Assembly (NCBI GenBank): GCA_000002445.1
Contig: CP000071.1
Coordinates: 608,001-672,000, forward strand
Direction: 5' to 3'
Length of the DNA stretch: 64,000 nucleotides
Source: Trypanosoma brucei
Taxonomy: Eukaryota
Below, piece by piece: positions 59,841 through 64,000 of the stretch (positions are counted from its first letter, which is position 1; every line of letters begins with the position of its first letter). The notes beneath the pieces were generated by a model. That model was not told the DNA's origin. It ran no database searches and saw only the letters and a list, made by a program, of their open reading frames with translations. Made by a program: the position numbers and the translations under genes.

Positions 59841-62800
59841 ATGACCCCCAATAAAACACCTGTGGGTGACATCAAGCTAGACGATAACACTGAGACCAAT
59901 TATCCGATCAATACGTCTGGCGGGGAGCCAACTGAGAATCACGCAGACACCGACCTCGACACACAATACAAGATACATGAGTATGATACTCGACATGCAG
60001 AGTTGAAGCAACGGCTGATGCAAATATGGGGTGATGATGTTGAGTATGTTGCTCGGGGTGAGGAGAATGCGAATTGGCTTCAGAAGATAACGTACACATG
60101 GGTAAAGAAGTACATCCGCACGGCCGTCAAAGAAGAGTTAACGTTGGAGGGCCTTCCCACAGCTCAAAGTGATCACAGAGCACATAAATGCGGTCGGCAA
60201 CTTTCAGCCGTAACGGCCGAAAGCTACTACCGCCGCCATCTGTGGGATCCCATTGTGGGGGCTGGGGTTTCGAGGAGAGGAGATTCTCAGAGCCGTGGGA
60301 CGCTACGATGGGTTGGTGTACTTCAGTCAGGCCGATACAAAGAGGTAATGGCCGCAGTGACCTGGCAAACACCACCCCTGCAGCGGCTTTCCGAGCACGA
60401 GAATGGTGTGTCACCTTTCTTTAGCGGCGCGGTACACGGTGAAGTGCTTTTTCCTCCGGAAGCAAGTAACAACTCCACAATGGAGAAACCGGAGGATTTG
60501 CAGCTGCTCGGTTGTGGGTCGGTCTCAGCTAACGTTGTGGATCAACTCGCATTCCCTGGGCGAATATCAGCTGCACGCAACCTTTTCAATGCAAAACGGG
60601 GAATCATACTATGGCAGTTTCCTCTCAGAGTCCTTGGTGACCTGCTAACCCTCACTGTTCCGTTGATTTTAAAGGAATACGTCCGATACCTCGATGCCCC
60701 TTCACACACGTGGGGGAGAGGCATGCTTCTTGCCTTCGGCCTATTCGTGGCTCACTGTGTGCAATCCGTTGTGTTACACTGGTTCTACCACATGGGCATA
60801 AAGGGCGGACTGTGCTGGCGGAGCGCCCTGTCGGCTGTCATACTGGAGAAGTGTTTCGTTATATCTCCCAAGGCGTTAGCTCTTCCAGAGATGAACACAG
60901 GGCGTATCCTTAACATGCTGACTACTGATGTGGAGCGTGCCAACGAGTTCGTGCAGTTATGCTTGTACCTATGGAGCTCACCCGTCATATTCATTGCGTC
61001 GACATTTCTCTTGTACAGTTTGGTTGGGTGGAGCGCACTGGTTACTGTTGTGGTTCTCCCACTAACATTGACCCTAAATGGATACATCGTACGGCAAGCC
61101 ATGAAAATACAGCGGAAAATTATGAAAGTTGCCGACTCTCGCGTGAAGGCCACTAACGAATTTATTTCTGGTATTCGCATTGTGAAATTCATGGCATGGG
61201 AACCTTCCTTCATCGCGGCCATTGAGAAGCAAAGGGACACGGAGCTGAGGTACCTCAGGCGGCTGCAGCGGTGCCACACACTTACGTCCTTCCTTAACAA
61301 TGCGATGCCACCGCTTACGATCGCCATCGTGTTTGTTACGTACCATCTTCTCGGTAACAAGCTCACACCTGAAGTCGTTTTCCCAACACTGATGCTTCTT
61401 TCAGTGATACGCATGCCATTCCTGTTGCTCCCCATGACGTTGAGGACCGTCACGCAGTTTGTCATTTCAATGAAACGTGTTTCTGTCTTCCTCGAGTGCG
61501 AGAACACCGTGAAGGGTGTGGGTGACGTTACTGAACTTCTTGCCACACAGAAGAACGCCCCTCCGTGCTGGTGCGAAGCCGCTGCCGTGTTTGACAACGC
61601 GGAGGTAACAGCGCTCTTTCCAGTAAAACTACCGCGTATTCCCACCGTCGTTACCTCACTTTGTGGTCGTATAATGGCGCGGCTATGCTGCTGTGGAGCA
61701 TGCCAACCTAAACGGCATTCACTTTCACCTCTGGAGGTGATTGACAGCGAGGATGAGGGAGAAGGCTCCGCACAAGCAGGGAACGAAAAGCCTCCGGGGC
61801 GACCCGGAGGTAACCAGAAACAACCGTCGCCTGAAGAAACTCCACGAGGCGTCAATAAAAAGGTTGGAGAAGCGCGCTACCAGCTAAGGCCGAAAAAACT
61901 CCTTAGAGACATTAGCATTGAGGTGCCAAAGGGAAAACTTACTGTTGTGCTTGGTGCCACGGGAAGTGGTAAGTCAACACTACTAGAGACGCTGTTGGGT
62001 AACTTTGAGGTGACGCATGGCAGTGTGTTAGCAGCGAAGAGCTTTGCATACGTTCCACAACAACCGTGGATCATGAATGCAACGCTACGCGACAACATCC
62101 TTTTTTTTACTCCGGAAAACGAAGAACGACTGCATAAAGCCGTGCGTGTGTGCCAACTGGAGGCAGATTTGCAGCAGCTCCCTGCCGGGATGGAAACAGA
62201 AATTGGAGAAAAAGGAATCAACCTGAGCGGCGGTCAAAAGGCGCGGGTAAGTCTTGCTCGCGCAGTATACGCTGACCGCGACTTTTATATACTGGATGAT
62301 CCTCTTTCCGCACTCGATGCGCATGTGGGCGAACTAATCGTACGGGATTTGATTCTGGGCCATTTGGCATGTAAGACTCGGGTGCTGGCGACACATCAGT
62401 TGCATGTCTTACCACACGCTGATTTTGTGGTTGCCATGGAGGATGGCACCGTGAAATTCGCTGGGGAGAGCAAGGACTTTATGCGATCACCTTTATGCAA
62501 AAAGCTTGCTGCTGAGGGCTGTGAGAGAAAACACGAGGGATCAAGTGACAGGGAGGTAGACGAAAGTGATATACTGGATGGCAAGCCGGTACACTCGAAT
62601 GGCAACGAGCCCACGCAAGATGGTGGAAATGAGGGTGGTGAAAAGAAGAATACGGAGGCTGTGGATGGACGGCTCACCCTGATGGAAGAGAAAGCTGTTG
62701 GGTCTGTGCCGTGGAAAACATACAAGAGGTATGTTGGTGCATGTGGCGGCGGATGCAAAGCTTTGTTGGTTATTTTTACCTACTTCTTCACAGAGTTACT

Positions 62801-64000
62801 TACCGTAGCAGCTAATCTGTGGTTGTCTATGTGGTCTACTAATAAGTTCAAACTTGATGAAACAACGAATTTGTACGTGTACTTGGGCATTGTTATCGCT
62901 GGGACTATTTCCGTACCACTGCGCTACACAACGACGTTTGGTTCGATGCGCCACGGATCACGTACCCTCCACAGGTTTCTTCTACGATCTATTTCCACTG
63001 GAAAAATGTCATTCTTCGATACGACACCTCTGGGCCGCATTGTAAACCGATTCAGCCGTGATATTGACCGGCTTGACAACTCACTTCCAATGACGTTCAT
63101 ATTTTTGATGCAGGTGACATTTTCGATTATATCGGCGATAGCGGTGTATATCGGATCACAACCCTACGTCCTTGTTGCCCTAATCCCAGTCTGCTACGTA
63201 TACTATAGGCTAACTTTGTTCTACAGTGCTTCCAACAGGGAAATCCGGCGTGTTGGAAGCACCGCAAAGGCGCCCTTAATGTCATTAGTGGGTGAAGCGC
63301 TTGTCGGCTCTAGCACGATATCGGCATATGGTTGTCAGACTGCGATTATGAAGAAAGCACTAGCGTACATCGACCTTGTCTACGCCTCCTCACTTCTAGA
63401 GAATGCAGCAAATCGGTGGATTGGCTTGCGTGTGGAGTTTCTGAATACTGTGGTTATTCTGGTCATCGCTCTTACTGGTGTCATTGGAGCGATGTTGGGT
63501 GTTGATTCACACGACATTGCCCTCGTGTCTCTCAGTCTTACAATGGCGCTGATGACAACAGCTGCTCTGAACTGGCTCGTGCGTATGTGCGGTTCGATGG
63601 AGGCTGATATGAATAGCGTTGAGCGTATCCTATACTATACAGACAACATTGAAAACGAGGACATGCCTGAACTAGACGAGCTCGTTCGGGCGGCGAAGAA
63701 AGCGGAGGAAACGACACCGAGACCAAAAGCGTCAAGTGCCACGACGACTGCGGTACATGTGCCAGTAAATGGTCCAGTCGAAAGAAACGTAGTACCAGGC
63801 TGGGTGGAGTTTCGTGATGTGGACCTGCGCTACCGTGACGGGTTGCCGCTTGTGTTGAACAAAGTCTCTTTTCGTGTGAACCCTGGGCAGAAGGTGGGCA
63901 TCGTTGGCCGCACTGGGAGTGGCAAGTCGACCCTGCTGCTCACTTTTATGAGGATGATTGATACGTGTGGTGGTGAGATTATTGTTTCTGGCCGCCCAAT
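59841..64000 (+). CDS. ABC transporter, ABCC/MRP subfamily (MRPA-like), N-terminal about 1386 codons; continues beyond the window end
   Basis: Hand translation from ATG 59841 stays open to position 64000; it is absent from the ORF track because no stop lies in the window. L0/lasso motif NANWLQKITYTWVKKYIRTAVKEELTLEGLP. TMD1 with ABCC block NTGRILNMLTTDVERANEF. NBD1 Walker A GATGSGKSTLLE (61953), signature LSGGQKARVSLARAVY, Walker B ILDDPLSALD. TMD2, then NBD2 Walker A GRTGSGKSTLL (about 63910). Confidence 0.9.
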   Translation, partial: MTPNKTPVGDIKLDDNTETNYPINTSGGEPTENHADTDLDTQYKIHEYDTRHAELKQRLMQIWGDDVEYVARGEENANWLQKITYTWVKKYIRTAVKEELTLEGLPTAQSDHRAHKCGRQLSAVTAESYYRRHLWDPIVGAGVSRRGDSQSRGTLRWVGVLQSGRYKEVMAAVTWQTPPLQRLSEHENGVSPFFSGAVHGEVLFPPEASNNSTMEKPEDLQLLGCGSVSANVVDQLAFPGRISAARNLFNAKRGIILWQFPLRVLGDLLTLTVPLILKEYVRYLDAPSHTWGRGMLLAFGLFVAHCVQSVVLHWFYHMGIKGGLCWRSALSAVILEKCFVISPKALALPEMNTGRILNMLTTDVERANEFVQLCLYLWSSPVIFIASTFLLYSLVGWSALVTVVVLPLTLTLNGYIVRQAMKIQRKIMKVADSRVKATNEFISGIRIVKFMAWEPSFIAAIEKQRDTELRYLRRLQRCHTLTSFLNNAMPPLTIAIVFVTYHLLGNKLTPEVVFPTLMLLSVIRMPFLLLPMTLRTVTQFVISMKRVSVFLECENTVKGVGDVTELLATQKNAPPCWCEAAAVFDNAEVTALFPVKLPRIPTVVTSLCGRIMARLCCCGACQPKRHSLSPLEVIDSEDEGEGSAQAGNEKPPGRPGGNQKQPSPEETPRGVNKKVGEARYQLRPKKLLRDISIEVPKGKLTVVLGATGSGKSTLLETLLGNFEVTHGSVLAAKSFAYVPQQPWIMNATLRDNILFFTPENEERLHKAVRVCQLEADLQQLPAGMETEIGEKGINLSGGQKARVSLARAVYADRDFYILDDPLSALDAHVGELIVRDLILGHLACKTRVLATHQLHVLPHADFVVAMEDGTVKFAGESKDFMRSPLCKKLAAEGCERKHEGSSDREVDESDILDGKPVHSNGNEPTQDGGNEGGEKKNTEAVDGRLTLMEEKAVGSVPWKTYKRYVGACGGGCKALLVIFTYFFTELLTVAANLWLSMWSTNKFKLDETTNLYVYLGIVIAGTISVPLRYTTTFGSMRHGSRTLHRFLLRSISTGKMSFFDTTPLGRIVNRFSRDIDRLDNSLPMTFIFLMQVTFSIISAIAVYIGSQPYVLVALIPVCYVYYRLTLFYSASNREIRRVGSTAKAPLMSLVGEALVGSSTISAYGCQTAIMKKALAYIDLVYASSLLENAANRWIGLRVEFLNTVVILVIALTGVIGAMLGVDSHDIALVSLSLTMALMTTAALNWLVRMCGSMEADMNSVERILYYTDNIENEDMPELDELVRAAKKAEETTPRPKASSATTTAVHVPVNGPVERNVVPGWVEFRDVDLRYRDGLPLVLNKVSFRVNPGQKVGIVGRTGSGKSTLLLTFMRMIDTCGGEIIVSGRP

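Noticed and set aside
60785-61855. 356-aa minus-strand ORF
   Set aside because: It lies entirely within the plus-strand ABC transporter CDS, whose Walker, signature and TM motifs validate the plus frame. It is an antisense artefact.

Overview
Trypanosomatid nuclear DNA. Dense intron-less ORFs on a single strand per block, polypyrimidine/AG trans-splice signals, GC about 50% and AxxCH cytochromes identify it as such. One strand-switch splits the window. Genes from 1 to 16103 are all on the minus strand: M16C presequence protease (partial), a type I membrane protein, cytochrome c1, an M20 peptidase, a DOT1 methyltransferase, an ISY1-like factor and TM9SF. Genes from 18551 to 64000 are all on the plus strand: UTP15, mitochondrial tryparedoxin peroxidase, a cyclophilin, an arginase-like pseudoenzyme, GDP-mannose pyrophosphorylase, a 3034-aa BEACH protein, two MGCGGS-acylated paralogs, V-ATPase proteolipid c, an ABHD hydrolase, two LRRC45-like LRR proteins and an ABCC/MRP transporter (partial). 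The 2.4 kb between them (16104-18550) has no ORFs and is a divergent strand-switch, i.e. a putative bidirectional Pol II start region. Gene order and content match my recollection of the Trypanosoma brucei chromosome 8 segment from cytochrome c1 through DOT1A, mTXNPx, arginase-like, GDP-MP to MRPA; this is from memory and unverified here. The most notable locus is 45.5-49.6 kb. It holds two diverged tandem paralogs with an N-terminal MGCGGS dual-acylation signal and a LigT-like 2H-phosphoesterase signature. The downstream copy keeps two HxT motifs; the upstream copy has lost both. The locus sits inside two sets of near-identical direct repeats (415 bp flanking it, about 372 bp upstream of each CDS), so the flanks are homogenised while the coding sequences are diverged. 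ORFs that run off the window edges (PreP at the 5' end, the ABC transporter at the 3' end) are missing from the supplied ORF track and were recovered by hand translation.
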